A stretch of DNA of 63,982 nucleotides, filler included, from Candidatus Fermentibacterota bacterium (GTDB lineage Bacteria; JAFGKV01): NCBI GenBank assembly GCA_016928395.1. It is 6 parts of 6 records of this genome, joined end to end, with 100 filler letters (N's around TTAATTAATTAA, not from the genome) between each part and the next. Parts side by side here need not be neighbours in the genome. Positions count along the whole stretch, not along the records: positions 24,042 to 54,627 come from JAFGKV010000017.1; 5 more parts are not named here. One strand, written 5' to 3'. The position numbers and the translations under genes are program-made. Below the pieces are notes generated by a model. That model made no database searches, had not been told where the DNA came from, and worked only from the letters and a program-made list of their open reading frames with translations. Shown one piece after another: positions 40,219-50,550 of this stretch; positions within the stretch are counted from its first letter, which is position 1; the number at the start of each line of letters is the position of its first letter.

Positions 40219-43200
40219 ATGACGCAATCTAGACGACGAAGCCCCCTCAGAAGCGCCCTCACCACAGTCGCAAAGATTGTCCTCACGGTGGCGGCCTTCT
40301 ACGTACTCCTCAATCACAAGATCACCGACGAAAGCAACGTAGGGCTGCTGCTTCCTGACGGGTCCACCGAACAGATCGCCGTGGGCGACAGCCTGGCGTT
40401 GGCACAGGGAAATGCCGTGGTTGTCTCGTCCCGCCAACTGGCGGTGGACGGGACGATCATCCATATTCATGCTGGCGACTTCCTGCAGCGTTCCGACGGC
40501 CTCGAGGCCCAAGTGCTTCAGGAGGGCTCCACCACGACGTATCGCGCCATCCGCGCCTACTTGCCTCGCATTCATGCCCGCACATTCTGGCTGTTTCTAC
40601 TCATCGGGGCTGTGGTGAAGGCTGTCGGCATTCTCGCGAGCATGCTGCGATGGCACATTCTCCTGTTGGGGCAACGCATTCGGTTCCCATTTGGTCACCT
40701 GGCGGGCACCTTTCTCATTGGCCGTTTCTTGGGCACCTTCCTTCCCTCCACCGTCGGGCTGGACGGGTACACCCTGTATGATGCTGCTCGCCACAGTCGC
40801 CGGACGGTGGAAGTCGCCGCCGCGAAGTTCATTGAGAAGATCATGGGGATCGTGGGGATCCTCCTTACCTTTCTCGTCACCTTGCCCTTGGGCTACGCGG
40901 TGTTCCAGCACAATCTCGGGCAGAATGCCGCCCGGGTAACCACCATCACGGTCGTCATCTCCTTCGCGGCCATCGGCGCGTTCTTCTTCGTGCTCCTGCG
41001 GCCTCAGATCGTCGACCCATTCATCAGACTCCTCCCCAAGGAGAGCAAACCCCGAAAGCTTCTGCGACACATCCGGGAAGCCGCCGGGGCCTATGACCAT
41101 CGCAAAGGCATTCTGGTTGGCGCCGCATTCCTAAGCTTTCTCGTTCACTTCCTTACCGCCGTTATGTACTACTTCACGGCCCGGGCCATCGGCGCCACCG
41201 GTGCGAATGTCTGGGAAATCAGCTTCGCCAGTTCCATTCAGATTTTCGCCACGGTCATAAGCCCCTTCACCATCGCGGGTGAAGGTGTCCGCGAGATCGT
41301 CACCTATGTGCTGTTGGGCGGTATGATGGGAGGTGAAGCGACCATTCTGTTCAGCGCGCTGGGATTCTGGGCCGCCGAGGCTCTGACGCTGGCAGGTGCG
41401 GTGGTCTGGCTGGCGCGGCGGCGGGGCTATGCACCCCGATACGTCGAAGTCGAAGGGATCCGCCTCGACCCTGCTGCGCCGGTGCCCGTTGTGCCCCGTC
41501 CTGCATCTTCTGCGCCCCGCGTGCCAGCCGGCCGGCGGATCGTGAGCGGGCTCATGGGAGGGCTGTTCGGCGGCGCGTTCCTTGGCTTCCTTGAAGCCCT
41601 GCTGGTGATACGGCTGGCAAATCAGGACGAAATGTGGGTTCTGCCCTACGCCTTCTTGCTCTATGGGCTTTGCGGGGCGGCCATGGGCGCCGTGGCGGGG
41701 GTCCTGATTGAGCCTGTCGCCCATGTTTCCGGACGAAGGGAGGTCCGAGGCACCACCTTCGCCTTGGCCTTCGCCGGTATCTTCGCCTTGATGGGTGCCG
41801 TGGTCACCAGATTCCGGCTGGTGCGGGATCTGTTCCGGGAGCGCCCGCCCCAGGGCATGCTTCTGCCGCTGGCCGTGCTATGCGCCGCCGTGCTGGTGGG
41901 AGTAGTTCTTTTCGTTCTGATGAGGAAACTAGCCCGGCGGGGAGGCCCGCTGGCGCCGCTGCGCGAACCACTCACCGGGCCCTTGGTCTATGCCGGGCTG
42001 CTGGGCGCCCTCCTGCTGGTAGCCTGGTGGGGCGAATCTGAGGCGCCCGCAGGCTCCGTCGACCCTGCGGCCCAGGCCCGAGTGGCGAGCCGGCCCAATG
42101 TGCTCCTCATCGTGGTGGATACCATGCGGGCAGACCGGCTGGGATGCTACGGCTATCCCCACGACACAAGTCCCGCGCTGGACGCCATGGCGGCCGAAGG
42201 AATTGTGTTCAAACACACGGTTGCCCAGGCATCGTGGACGAAGCCTTCCATCGCCACCATCCTGACCGGCCTATATCCGTCGACTCATCAGGCCACTAGT
42301 AAGGTCAGCACACTGCCGGACGCCGTTGTCACTATGGCCGAGGTCTTCCACGCCCAGGGATACTACACGGCGGGATTCGCTGACAATATCAACATCGCCC
42401 CCATGTTCGGATTCGGCCAGGGCTTCTGTGAGTATCGTTACCTCGCCCCGGCCTACTTCTTCGGCGCTTCAGAGTCCGCATCGAAGCTCACTCTCTACGA
42501 CCTGGTGCGGCTTGTGCGGGAGCGGTTTCTGTCCAAGGCGAAGCATGTCGACCACTACTACCGCGACGCCGAGTACGTGACGGATGAAGCCATCGGCTGG
42601 CTCAAGAGGAACAAGGATCGGCCCTTCTTCCTGTTCGTCCATTACATGGATCCCCATGACCCGTATTTCGTGCACCCCTATAATGGCGTGGGGTATGCCC
42701 GCGTGTCCACGCCCAATCCTCCGCTGGAGATGGCGCCGAAGCTCTCTACGGTCTATGACCAGGAAATCGCGTTCTGGGATCGCAGCTTCGCCGACCTGAT
42801 GGCCCATCTCCGATCCGAAGGGATTCTGGATTCCACCATCGTAGTCGTGACTGCAGATCATGGTGAGGAGTTTGCCGAGCACGGTGGATGGTGGCACGGG
42901 ACCACGCTGTACGATGTAGAAATCCTGGTGCCGCTCGTGATCCGGATGCCCCATGCGGTCTCGGCCGGCACGGTGATCACTCCGCAAGTCCGGCTGATGG
43001 ATGTGGCGCCCACCTTGCTGGCGAGCTGCGGGCTTCCCGTGCCCGCGGCCATGCAGGGCCAGCCCTTAAACTGGGAACGTTCCGACTTCAGAGGTATTGA
43101 TACCGTGTTCGCCGAGGAAGATTTCGAGGGCAATCTCCTGACCGCAGTCAGGACCCCCGACTGGAAACTCATCCGGGCCAATCAACACAATCCGCGCGGC

Positions 43201-43407
43201 CTCGATCCGTTGGAACTCTATAATGTTGCCGCTGATCCCAGGGAACGTGTCTCGCGTGTGAAGGATAACCCCGATGCTGTGCGAGCACTCCAGGCAACCA
43301 TCGACGACATTCAGCATGAGGCGATGAAGGTTGCGGTGCAAAGCCAGACCCACGAGTTGGATGCCGACACCAAGAAGCAACTCAGGGCCTTGGGGTACAT
43401 GGAGTAG
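40219..43407 (+). CDS. Fusion of an LPG-synthase/MprF-type TM domain, a membrane linker and a sulfatase-fold domain
   Basis: RW..LL, FLPSTVG.D, SPFTIAGEGVRE in the N-part; PNVLLIVVDTMRAD, WTKPS..ILTG, HYMDPHDPY, TADHGE, LRALGY in the C-part. Confidence 0.85.
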   Translation: MTQSRRRSPLRSALTTVAKIVLTVAAFYVLLNHKITDESNVGLLLPDGSTEQIAVGDSLALAQGNAVVVSSRQLAVDGTIIHIHAGDFLQRSDGLEAQVLQEGSTTTYRAIRAYLPRIHARTFWLFLLIGAVVKAVGILASMLRWHILLLGQRIRFPFGHLAGTFLIGRFLGTFLPSTVGLDGYTLYDAARHSRRTVEVAAAKFIEKIMGIVGILLTFLVTLPLGYAVFQHNLGQNAARVTTITVVISFAAIGAFFFVLLRPQIVDPFIRLLPKESKPRKLLRHIREAAGAYDHRKGILVGAAFLSFLVHFLTAVMYYFTARAIGATGANVWEISFASSIQIFATVISPFTIAGEGVREIVTYVLLGGMMGGEATILFSALGFWAAEALTLAGAVVWLARRRGYAPRYVEVEGIRLDPAAPVPVVPRPASSAPRVPAGRRIVSGLMGGLFGGAFLGFLEALLVIRLANQDEMWVLPYAFLLYGLCGAAMGAVAGVLIEPVAHVSGRREVRGTTFALAFAGIFALMGAVVTRFRLVRDLFRERPPQGMLLPLAVLCAAVLVGVVLFVLMRKLARRGGPLAPLREPLTGPLVYAGLLGALLLVAWWGESEAPAGSVDPAAQARVASRPNVLLIVVDTMRADRLGCYGYPHDTSPALDAMAAEGIVFKHTVAQASWTKPSIATILTGLYPSTHQATSKVSTLPDAVVTMAEVFHAQGYYTAGFADNINIAPMFGFGQGFCEYRYLAPAYFFGASESASKLTLYDLVRLVRERFLSKAKHVDHYYRDAEYVTDEAIGWLKRNKDRPFFLFVHYMDPHDPYFVHPYNGVGYARVSTPNPPLEMAPKLSTVYDQEIAFWDRSFADLMAHLRSEGILDSTIVVVTADHGEEFAEHGGWWHGTTLYDVEILVPLVIRMPHAVSAGTVITPQVRLMDVAPTLLASCGLPVPAAMQGQPLNWERSDFRGIDTVFAEEDFEGNLLTAVRTPDWKLIRANQHNPRGLDPLELYNVAADPRERVSRVKDNPDAVRALQATIDDIQHEAMKVAVQSQTHELDADTKKQLRALGYME

Positions 43408-43537
43408 CGGTGAAGAAGACGGGCCTCTTGGCGCATGGCAGATGAGAGCGAGAATGGCTTTTCGTGGCACGCCAACTCTCTGTCTCATGGCTTCCGTCGC
43501 GTGTTCCGGCGGCGAAGGCCGCATCAAGGAGGGCTTT

Positions 43538-44002
43538 ATGCGCATACTCGTCACCAGCCCCGCATTTATGGAAAGCGCCTCGATTCCCACCACGCACACG
43601 TGCGATGGAGAGAATCTCTCGCCGCCGGTGGCATGGAGCACAATCCCTGAGGGCACACAAAGCATCGCCCTGCTCTGCGATGATCCTGATGCGCCACTCA
43701 AGACGTGGGTCCATTGGGTTGTCTACAATGTGCCGCCTTCGGCCCAGGGCCTTCCCCAGGGCGTGGCCCACGCAGAGGCCCTTCCTGACGGTTCCCGCCA
43801 AGGAATCAATGATTTCGGGCGCGTGGGGTATGGCGGTCCGTGCCCGCCCCAGGGCTCAACCCACCGGTACTTCTTCCGGGTCTATGCGCTGGATTGCACG
43901 CTCTCCGTGGGAAATCGAGCGACGAAGAGGAGTGTAGAGAAGGCCATGGAGGGCCACATCGTGGCCTCAGGGGTTCTGCTGGGGACCTACCGGCGCGCGT
44001 AA
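43538..44002 (+). CDS. YbhB/YbcL family (PEBP/Raf kinase inhibitor-like) protein
   Basis: TCDGENLSP, DDPDAP, WVHWV, YGGPCPP, HRYFF; AAGGAGG RBS. Confidence 0.93.
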   Translation: MRILVTSPAFMESASIPTTHTCDGENLSPPVAWSTIPEGTQSIALLCDDPDAPLKTWVHWVVYNVPPSAQGLPQGVAHAEALPDGSRQGINDFGRVGYGGPCPPQGSTHRYFFRVYALDCTLSVGNRATKRSVEKAMEGHIVASGVLLGTYRRA

Positions 44003-44057
44003 GCACGGATGAAGGGCCACCGGCCTGGCCGAAGGCCCTTTCGAAGAATGTGCGAGT

Positions 44058-44627
44058 CTACCGTTCGCCCTCGAGTGTTTCGCCGGAACCGGACCGCTGG
44101 GCAAGAGGTATGTTGGCTCCGAAGTCGAATTCCCCTGCCGTATTGGATGCCGGAGATGTCTGGGTCGCGTTCCGGGCGATGCCGCGGAAGAAGTAGTTCG
44201 TAGTCTCGTTCCCAACACCTTGCGTGAAATCGAACTGGGTGGTGGGCGAGGCGACGGTCTGCCATGGAGACCCCGAGGGGTTGAAGAACGCCGTGGTGGT
44301 TCGGTACAGATCGTAGAGCGTAGCACCCGTGATAGCCGCCCACGAAAGCCGTGCCGTCGTCGGGGTAAGCTGGACGATGTTCAGCACCATGGGCAGGAGG
44401 CCCCCGCCTCCCGTGGCGGCGTGCCAGAAGCCATGGTGGGTCTGATAGGCGCCCCCGGTGGAAATGCCCACCGGCGAACTCTGCCCGGTCGTACCTGTGA
44501 CAACATAGGCGCCGCCGGTCATCCGGGCCCCGCCTCCGGCGATCACCGATGGACCGACGATGTACTGGGCGTGGGCCGATACTGACAACACGAGGAGCCC
44601 AGCACAGAAGCTGATTAACGGACGCAT
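44058..44627 (-). CDS. Small secreted protein with a Gly-rich N-domain and FN3-like GEFDF C-domain
   Basis: GGAGGT RBS, signal peptide ending AHA-Q, SVIAGGG..GGAY..GTTGQ..GFW; C-domain aligns with the end of the C25 protease. Confidence 0.8.
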   Translation of the reverse strand: MRPLISFCAGLLVLSVSAHAQYIVGPSVIAGGGARMTGGAYVVTGTTGQSSPVGISTGGAYQTHHGFWHAATGGGGLLPMVLNIVQLTPTTARLSWAAITGATLYDLYRTTTAFFNPSGSPWQTVASPTTQFDFTQGVGNETTNYFFRGIARNATQTSPASNTAGEFDFGANIPLAQRSGSGETLEGER

Positions 44628-44741
44628 GGTTCACCTCCGACGAAAATGAACACCGTGGGCATTACGACTGGCTAATGTAACCCATCGAGAGCCGTGCGCA
44701 AGGCTTCCCTTGCGATGGCCCATTCGGGGACCTCCCGGAAG

Positions 44742-45959
44742 CTATCTGCCGTGGGCACCCATGGTACTCCCATAGGCCTCCAGTCCGGCGGCCAGGGAAT
44801 CCATGGCGCGGTCGATGTCGCCGCAGTTCAGGACGTACGCAAGCCGTGCTTCGCTTTGACCAAGCCCGGGCGTGGCATAGAAGCCGTTGGCCGGCGCGAT
44901 CATGACCGTGGTGCCTTCGTGCCGGTGATCCGTGAGCAACCAGGCGGCGAAGTGATCGGCGTCGGCGACCGGTAGCCGCGCCACCATGTAAAACGCACCA
45001 CCCGGCAGCTTGCAGTCGACCCCCATCCCCAACAGACGTTGATGCAGGAGGCGACGGCGACAATCGTATTCCTCTATGACCCGCTCAAAGTACTCGGGCG
45101 GTGTGTCAACTGCGGCGGCGGCGGCAATCTGGTCCACCGTGGGCGGGCACAACCGCGCCTGGCCGAAGCGCAGGATGGAGTTCATGAAGCCGCTATTTCG
45201 GGACACGATGCATCCGATCCGGGCGCCGCAGGCGCTGTAGCGCTTGGATATGCTGTCTACCATAACGGCATGCTCATCCATTCCCGGAAGGTCCAGGATG
45301 CTGACATGCTTCTTGCCGTCGTAGACAAACTCGCGGTACACTTCATCGGCGATAACAAAGACCCCTCGGCGACGGGCGATATCGGCAACCCCGTCCAGTT
45401 CTTCCCTGGTAAAAACCGCGCCGGTCGGATTTCCCGGGCTGCACAGTACGATGGCGCGGGTTCGGGGGCCGACCAAAGCCTCAAGTTGATCCAGCGGCGG
45501 CAGTGCGAAGTTGTCTTCCAGTCGCGTGGTGAGAGGTTTCACTGTCAGACCGGCCATCATGGCGAATCCATTGTAGTTGGTATAGAACGGTTCGGGGATG
45601 ATAATCTCATCCCCGGGATCGGCCACGGCCATTAGGGTCAAAATGATGGCCTCGCTGCCCCCTGTGGTGACGAGGATGTCACGCTCCGACAATGGTATGC
45701 CCCACCGCTCATAGTAGATGATCAGCTTCTTCAGGTAAGCCGGCAGCCCTGCGGATGGACCGTACGGCAGCACCGAATCGGAGAACTCACGGTAGCCTCT
45801 CAATAGCTCGACGGGACTCTCGATATCGGGCTGCCCGATGTTGAGGTGAAAAACGTGTACCCCCTCGTTCTGCGCAGCAACGCAGAGGGAGTGCAGTTTT
45901 CGAATGGGTGAGGCCGGCATCGCCTTGCCTCGAGACGAAACCTCCGGTACCCGTGCCAT
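44742..45959 (-). CDS. PLP-dependent aspartate aminotransferase-like
   Basis: SPIRKL, HLNIGQPD, GGSEA, PGNPTG, ADEVY, DSISKRYSACGARIG; AGGAGG RBS. Confidence 0.92.
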   Translation of the reverse strand: MARVPEVSSRGKAMPASPIRKLHSLCVAAQNEGVHVFHLNIGQPDIESPVELLRGYREFSDSVLPYGPSAGLPAYLKKLIIYYERWGIPLSERDILVTTGGSEAIILTLMAVADPGDEIIIPEPFYTNYNGFAMMAGLTVKPLTTRLEDNFALPPLDQLEALVGPRTRAIVLCSPGNPTGAVFTREELDGVADIARRRGVFVIADEVYREFVYDGKKHVSILDLPGMDEHAVMVDSISKRYSACGARIGCIVSRNSGFMNSILRFGQARLCPPTVDQIAAAAAVDTPPEYFERVIEEYDCRRRLLHQRLLGMGVDCKLPGGAFYMVARLPVADADHFAAWLLTDHRHEGTTVMIAPANGFYATPGLGQSEARLAYVLNCGDIDRAMDSLAAGLEAYGSTMGAHGR

Positions 45960-45969
45960 TTACTCCTCC

Positions 45970-46269
45970 TTATGGGTGTATCGAACGGCCCATGAGCCAT
46001 GGAGCGGCCAATTGCGATGCAAGCTGGTGGGAGGATTGCCCGGAGAGCACGCCATCCACCTCAATGAGAAGGGCTCTGAGCTCGCTGTCGGGTTTGGCAT
46101 CCACAATGGCCGCCAGGGGCCCCAACGCCACCGCCCACCGCTGCAGGAGATCACGGAGCAACCACGGAGAACATGCATTGACCGCCATTCGAAGGTCATG
46201 CAGGTACTCAGCGCGATCCGATTCAGCCCTGGCTTCCATAAGACTGGTGTCACTCCTGAGTGCGCGCAT
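45970..46269 (-). CDS. Hypothetical small protein
   Basis: Fills the gap between co-oriented genes and has a helical-looking sequence; no recognised motif. Confidence 0.35.
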   Translation of the reverse strand: MRALRSDTSLMEARAESDRAEYLHDLRMAVNACSPWLLRDLLQRWAVALGPLAAIVDAKPDSELRALLIEVDGVLSGQSSHQLASQLAAPWLMGRSIHP

Positions 46270-46290
46270 ACAAGCCCATGACCCGACCTG

Positions 46291-47487
46291 TCAGAACACG
46301 AAACGGCAGATCTCGCGGCCGGAACCCTGGCCTCCGCCATGGGCCTCGCTGGCCTCGAAACTGCCGCTGTACATCTGCACCTCCCCCCTGACCGCGACAA
46401 CCACCCGGAAGTCGGCCCCCCCGCCGTCACAGGACATCCAGTAGTTCACGCGAACAACATACTCACCTGAGGGAGGTGTGCCGGTATCGTAGGTAATATT
46501 CTCATTGTTCACATGATCTTGCTGACAGGCGGCATTGGAGTCAAGATCCAGCACTCCGCCGGAGGCGGAGACGGGATTGGCGTAGTAGATCTCCTCGCCC
46601 GTAGGCTCGACGAGATAAAGATCAACATCCTGGCTTGGTCGGAATGACAGGCTCACCTGCACATCGCCACTACCGACCCGGATGAGCGTGGGGTTGAATC
46701 GTGCCACCACACCATACGCGGGGCCGGGTTCTTCAGACATGAACTGAAGCACGAAGCTACCCGCAGCACTCTGCGAGATCAAGATCACCATGCTTACCTC
46801 TCCCGGCAGCCCTGTGGTAGGAAGCCGGAAGTACCCTCGGGCGTTGGGGACACCCACGACAACGGCCGTGGCCGGCACGCTGCAGGTCAGGGTGACCTCC
46901 ATGGAACCGCCGTTTATGATGACGCTGTCGCCTACGACATTGGTGATGGTCACGCCCGCTGTGGGCGTTGGAAGTTCCTCATCCACATAGGTCGCGCCCA
47001 CTACCTCCTTGATGTAGTACCCAACTGATTCACCGGAAAGCACATCGATGCCGTGCTGCGCAGGAGCAAGGACGGAACCATCGACTCCCCTGGCACCACA
47101 CCTGAACGCAAAATCCTCCCGGTTGGCGGTGGAAAGCCGCCCGCGGACCCGCGTCTCCGTGTTCATGCTGTCAGCAGGTATCAAGAAATACCCCACCGCA
47201 TCGACGGCACCGACGATGATCTCCTTCACGCCCCGCGGATGGCTCAACGTGATAGAAAAAGTCGAACCCTGGCCCAGGGCCGAATCCGCGGTCACGACGT
47301 GCAAAGAAGCCGGTACGGTGGACGCGGGCATCTCTGCGCCCGAGACATAGTGGGCATCAAAGACCTCCCCGATGAAACTGAGCACAGAGACCGGGGCAGG
47401 AGGCGGGGCAGTGGACTCCTTGCCGCATGAGACGAGGGCAAGGCAGAGTATCAGCGCAAAGGCGAGGGGGCGGAAGAAAAATGGCAT
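46291..47487 (-). CDS. Lipoprotein with C-terminal YfaP/DUF2135-like domain
   Basis: Lipobox LVSC; DVQVSL, DVDLYLVEPTGEEIYY, LDLDSN, NENI, GEYVVRVNYW. Confidence 0.8.
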   Translation of the reverse strand: MPFFFRPLAFALILCLALVSCGKESTAPPPAPVSVLSFIGEVFDAHYVSGAEMPASTVPASLHVVTADSALGQGSTFSITLSHPRGVKEIIVGAVDAVGYFLIPADSMNTETRVRGRLSTANREDFAFRCGARGVDGSVLAPAQHGIDVLSGESVGYYIKEVVGATYVDEELPTPTAGVTITNVVGDSVIINGGSMEVTLTCSVPATAVVVGVPNARGYFRLPTTGLPGEVSMVILISQSAAGSFVLQFMSEEPGPAYGVVARFNPTLIRVGSGDVQVSLSFRPSQDVDLYLVEPTGEEIYYANPVSASGGVLDLDSNAACQQDHVNNENITYDTGTPPSGEYVVRVNYWMSCDGGGADFRVVVAVRGEVQMYSGSFEASEAHGGGQGSGREICRFVF

Positions 47488-47909
47488 CGTGCTCCTCCAG
47501 GCTGTCGTGAGAGGACTGTCATTCAACACGGAATGATGAGCGGCCCGTCCCGATTGTCAATCCGATCATAGACATGGCTCAAGTGGCACCGCGGATTGAT
47601 CTCGGCACTCAGAGGATTCGACCTAGGAGGATTGATGACCGCATGACTGGCCACCTGGAGGCATAGCTGAGAAACGTGCCGCATCGCGGCGCTCGCGGTT
47701 GACGGTTTCACAGCCTACGGTTCTGTCGAATGCTCTCCCCTGCCGGCTACCGACTGTTTCGGGCGCCTCCCACCGCATTCCCCAATTCGGTGTGCTGTGT
47801 CGTTCCATTCGCTTTCTTTGCGCTCCTCACCGATATCAGTGAGATTGTGTTCTGTTTCGGATTCTGGATCGTGCCCAGAGCAACCGCCGATAGACCAAGG
47901 AGCACAGTC

Positions 47910-50360
47910 ATGAGACTTCTCACCCTTCTGTGCGGTGCCCTCTTGTGCGGAAGCGCATCCGGCACCAGTGGATCATACACTTTTCTTGGTGAAGTCCACC
48001 ACGTCGATGCGAAAGACGCAGGTGTCGCGTTGACCTGCGACCACGGTATCACCCTTCAGATTAGCTTCCTTGACGCCCAGGTGGTGCGTGTCACTTTGAC
48101 CCGTCCGGGCGATGAACGCCCGCTGGGCCATGCCATAGCGGAGATCCCGTGGCCACGGCCTCATGAGATCGAGACGCATGAGGAAAGCCTCCTCATTGAG
48201 ATTCGCTCGCCGGATCTGGCGGTCAACGTGCGCAAGCGCCCGTGCCGGATCAGCATTCGCGATCGGCACACTGGGGCCATCCTTGCCGAGGACGATCCGG
48301 GCATGGGCATCGGGTGGGACGGTGCCGAGGTAAGGAACTGGAAGACAATAGCTCCACACGAGCGGTTCTTCGGGCTGGGCGAGAAGACCGGCCCTCTTGA
48401 TGTGCGTGGCCGGGAGCTCGTGCTGTGGAATACCGATAATCCCCACCATGACAACAACAGCGATCCGCTCTACCAGTCGATCCCTTTCTTCATCGGCCTA
48501 CGGGACGGGCATGCCTTTGGTACCTTCTTCAACAACAGCTATCGGAGCCGGTTCAACTTCGGCGCAGGCAACCTCCGCTACTACTCCTTTGCCGCCGAAG
48601 GCGGGGTCCTCGACTACTTCTTCATCAACGGTCCCCGCGTGTCCGAGGTGGTCCGGCGCTACACCGACCTCACGGGCCGAACGCCCATGCCGCCGATGTG
48701 GGCCTTGGGCTACCAGCAGTGCCGTTGGAGCTACTATCCCGATACCGAGGTTCTGCGCATCGCCCGCACCTTCCGGGAAAAGGGGATCCCCGCCGATGTG
48801 ATCTACTTGGATATTCACTACATGGACGACTATCGGGTCTTCACCTGGCACCCAGAGCACTTCCCGAAGCCCAAGGAACTGCTCAAGACTCTGGGTACCA
48901 TGGGGTTCAAGGTCGCAGTGATCATCGATCCCGGCATCAAGGTCGATACCGAGTACCCGGTCGCGCTGCAAGGTCTGGCCGGCGACCATTTCGTGAAGTA
49001 TCCCGACGGGCAGCTGTACGTCGGCGAAGTGTGGCCTGGGCCCTCGTACTTCCCTGACTTCAGCCGGCCCGCCACGCGGGTGTGGTGGGGTTCGCTGTTC
49101 AAGGGATTGGTGGATCTGGGTGTCCGCGGGTTCTGGAACGACATGAACGAACCCGCGGTGTGGGGCCAAGCCTTTCCCAATGAGGCCGTCTTCGATGATG
49201 AGGGGCGAGGCGCCACGGGCAAGAAAATGCACAACCTCTACGGATTCCTCATGGCCCAGGCGACCTACGATGGAGTCAGAACGCTGCAACCTGCACTGCG
49301 GCCCCTGGTGATCACCCGGGCAGGCTTTGCCGGAGAACAGAGATTCACCTCGGTGTGGACGGGTGACAACCAGGCCACCTGGCAGCACCTTGAGATGGGT
49401 GTGCGCATGCTCCAGGGCATGGGCCTCTCGGGCCTGCCTTTCGTGGGTACCGACGTGGGAGGCTTCAGCGGCACGCCGTCCCCTGAGCTGTTCGCCCGGT
49501 GGGTCCAGTTCGGCGCTGTCTCACCCTTCTTCCGGGCCCACACCCACCATGGCAGCGGCGACCAGGAGCCCTGGTCATTCGGCGAGGAGGTCGAGGAGAT
49601 CGCCAAGGAAACCATCACGCGGCGCTATGCCATGCTTCCCTATTTCTACAGCCTTTTCTGGGAGGCCCACACCACCGGCGCTCCGCTGCTCAGACCGCTG
49701 TTCTGGCATCATCAAGACGATCCATTAGTCTATGACCCGGCCACCCACACCCAGTTTCTTTTGGGCGAGCATCTTCTGGTCGCGCCGGTGGTTCGGGAGG
49801 GGCACGATACGCGGCGGGTCTATCTGCCGGAAGGCATGTGGCTCGATCTAGCCACCGAAATGGTCCATCACGGTCCGGGCACGATCATGGTCGACGCTCC
49901 CCTGGCGCGTGTGCCTGTGTTTCTGGGCGATGGCGGGATTCTCGTGTCGCAGGAGCCTATGCAATTCGTGGGCGAGCTGAAGCCGCGCCTGCTCAAGATC
50001 GACGCCTTCCCCGCGGACGAGCCCTCGGCCTTCATTCTCTATGAGGATGACGGGGAGACGTGGTCCTATGAGCGAGGGGTGTATCGAACCACGACGATCT
50101 CCTGTGAACGCGACGGCGACTCCGTGCAACTGGACTTGCGGCCTTGCCATGAGACCTACGATCCCGGCCCCAAGGCGATCGAGGTGAAGATCCACGCCTG
50201 CCCGAAGCCGGCCCGCGTTCTTGATTCGGAGAGCATCCTAGCCCAGGACGCCGCTTTCCGTGGGTGGCGGTGGGACGAGGCAACACGCATTCTGACTATC
50301 AGCGTCATGGATCACCGGGTTTCGCACTCCCTCACGGCCGAGTTGGCGCCGATCGAGTAG
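47910..50360 (+). CDS. GH31 alpha-glucosidase, secreted
   Basis: GLGEK, LYQSIPF, GYQQCRWSY, LDIHYM, nucleophile GFWNDMNEP, acid/base WTGDN; signal peptide. Confidence 0.93.
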   Translation: MRLLTLLCGALLCGSASGTSGSYTFLGEVHHVDAKDAGVALTCDHGITLQISFLDAQVVRVTLTRPGDERPLGHAIAEIPWPRPHEIETHEESLLIEIRSPDLAVNVRKRPCRISIRDRHTGAILAEDDPGMGIGWDGAEVRNWKTIAPHERFFGLGEKTGPLDVRGRELVLWNTDNPHHDNNSDPLYQSIPFFIGLRDGHAFGTFFNNSYRSRFNFGAGNLRYYSFAAEGGVLDYFFINGPRVSEVVRRYTDLTGRTPMPPMWALGYQQCRWSYYPDTEVLRIARTFREKGIPADVIYLDIHYMDDYRVFTWHPEHFPKPKELLKTLGTMGFKVAVIIDPGIKVDTEYPVALQGLAGDHFVKYPDGQLYVGEVWPGPSYFPDFSRPATRVWWGSLFKGLVDLGVRGFWNDMNEPAVWGQAFPNEAVFDDEGRGATGKKMHNLYGFLMAQATYDGVRTLQPALRPLVITRAGFAGEQRFTSVWTGDNQATWQHLEMGVRMLQGMGLSGLPFVGTDVGGFSGTPSPELFARWVQFGAVSPFFRAHTHHGSGDQEPWSFGEEVEEIAKETITRRYAMLPYFYSLFWEAHTTGAPLLRPLFWHHQDDPLVYDPATHTQFLLGEHLLVAPVVREGHDTRRVYLPEGMWLDLATEMVHHGPGTIMVDAPLARVPVFLGDGGILVSQEPMQFVGELKPRLLKIDAFPADEPSAFILYEDDGETWSYERGVYRTTTISCERDGDSVQLDLRPCHETYDPGPKAIEVKIHACPKPARVLDSESILAQDAAFRGWRWDEATRILTISVMDHRVSHSLTAELAPIE

Positions 50361-50550
50361 CCGATCCGAGACGGCGCTGTGCTCGCTCCGCGAGAGACGG
50401 ATAGTTCTCAGTTGGGCGTGGTGCGAGCCCTCCGCGCCGGGTAGTCAAGACGAATCCCGACCCTCCAGAAGGTAGAAAGCACGGATCGTACACCAGGAGG
50501 AAAGACGCACCCTCGGCGTCATCCGCCGGAGTCCTGCAGAAACCGGCGGT

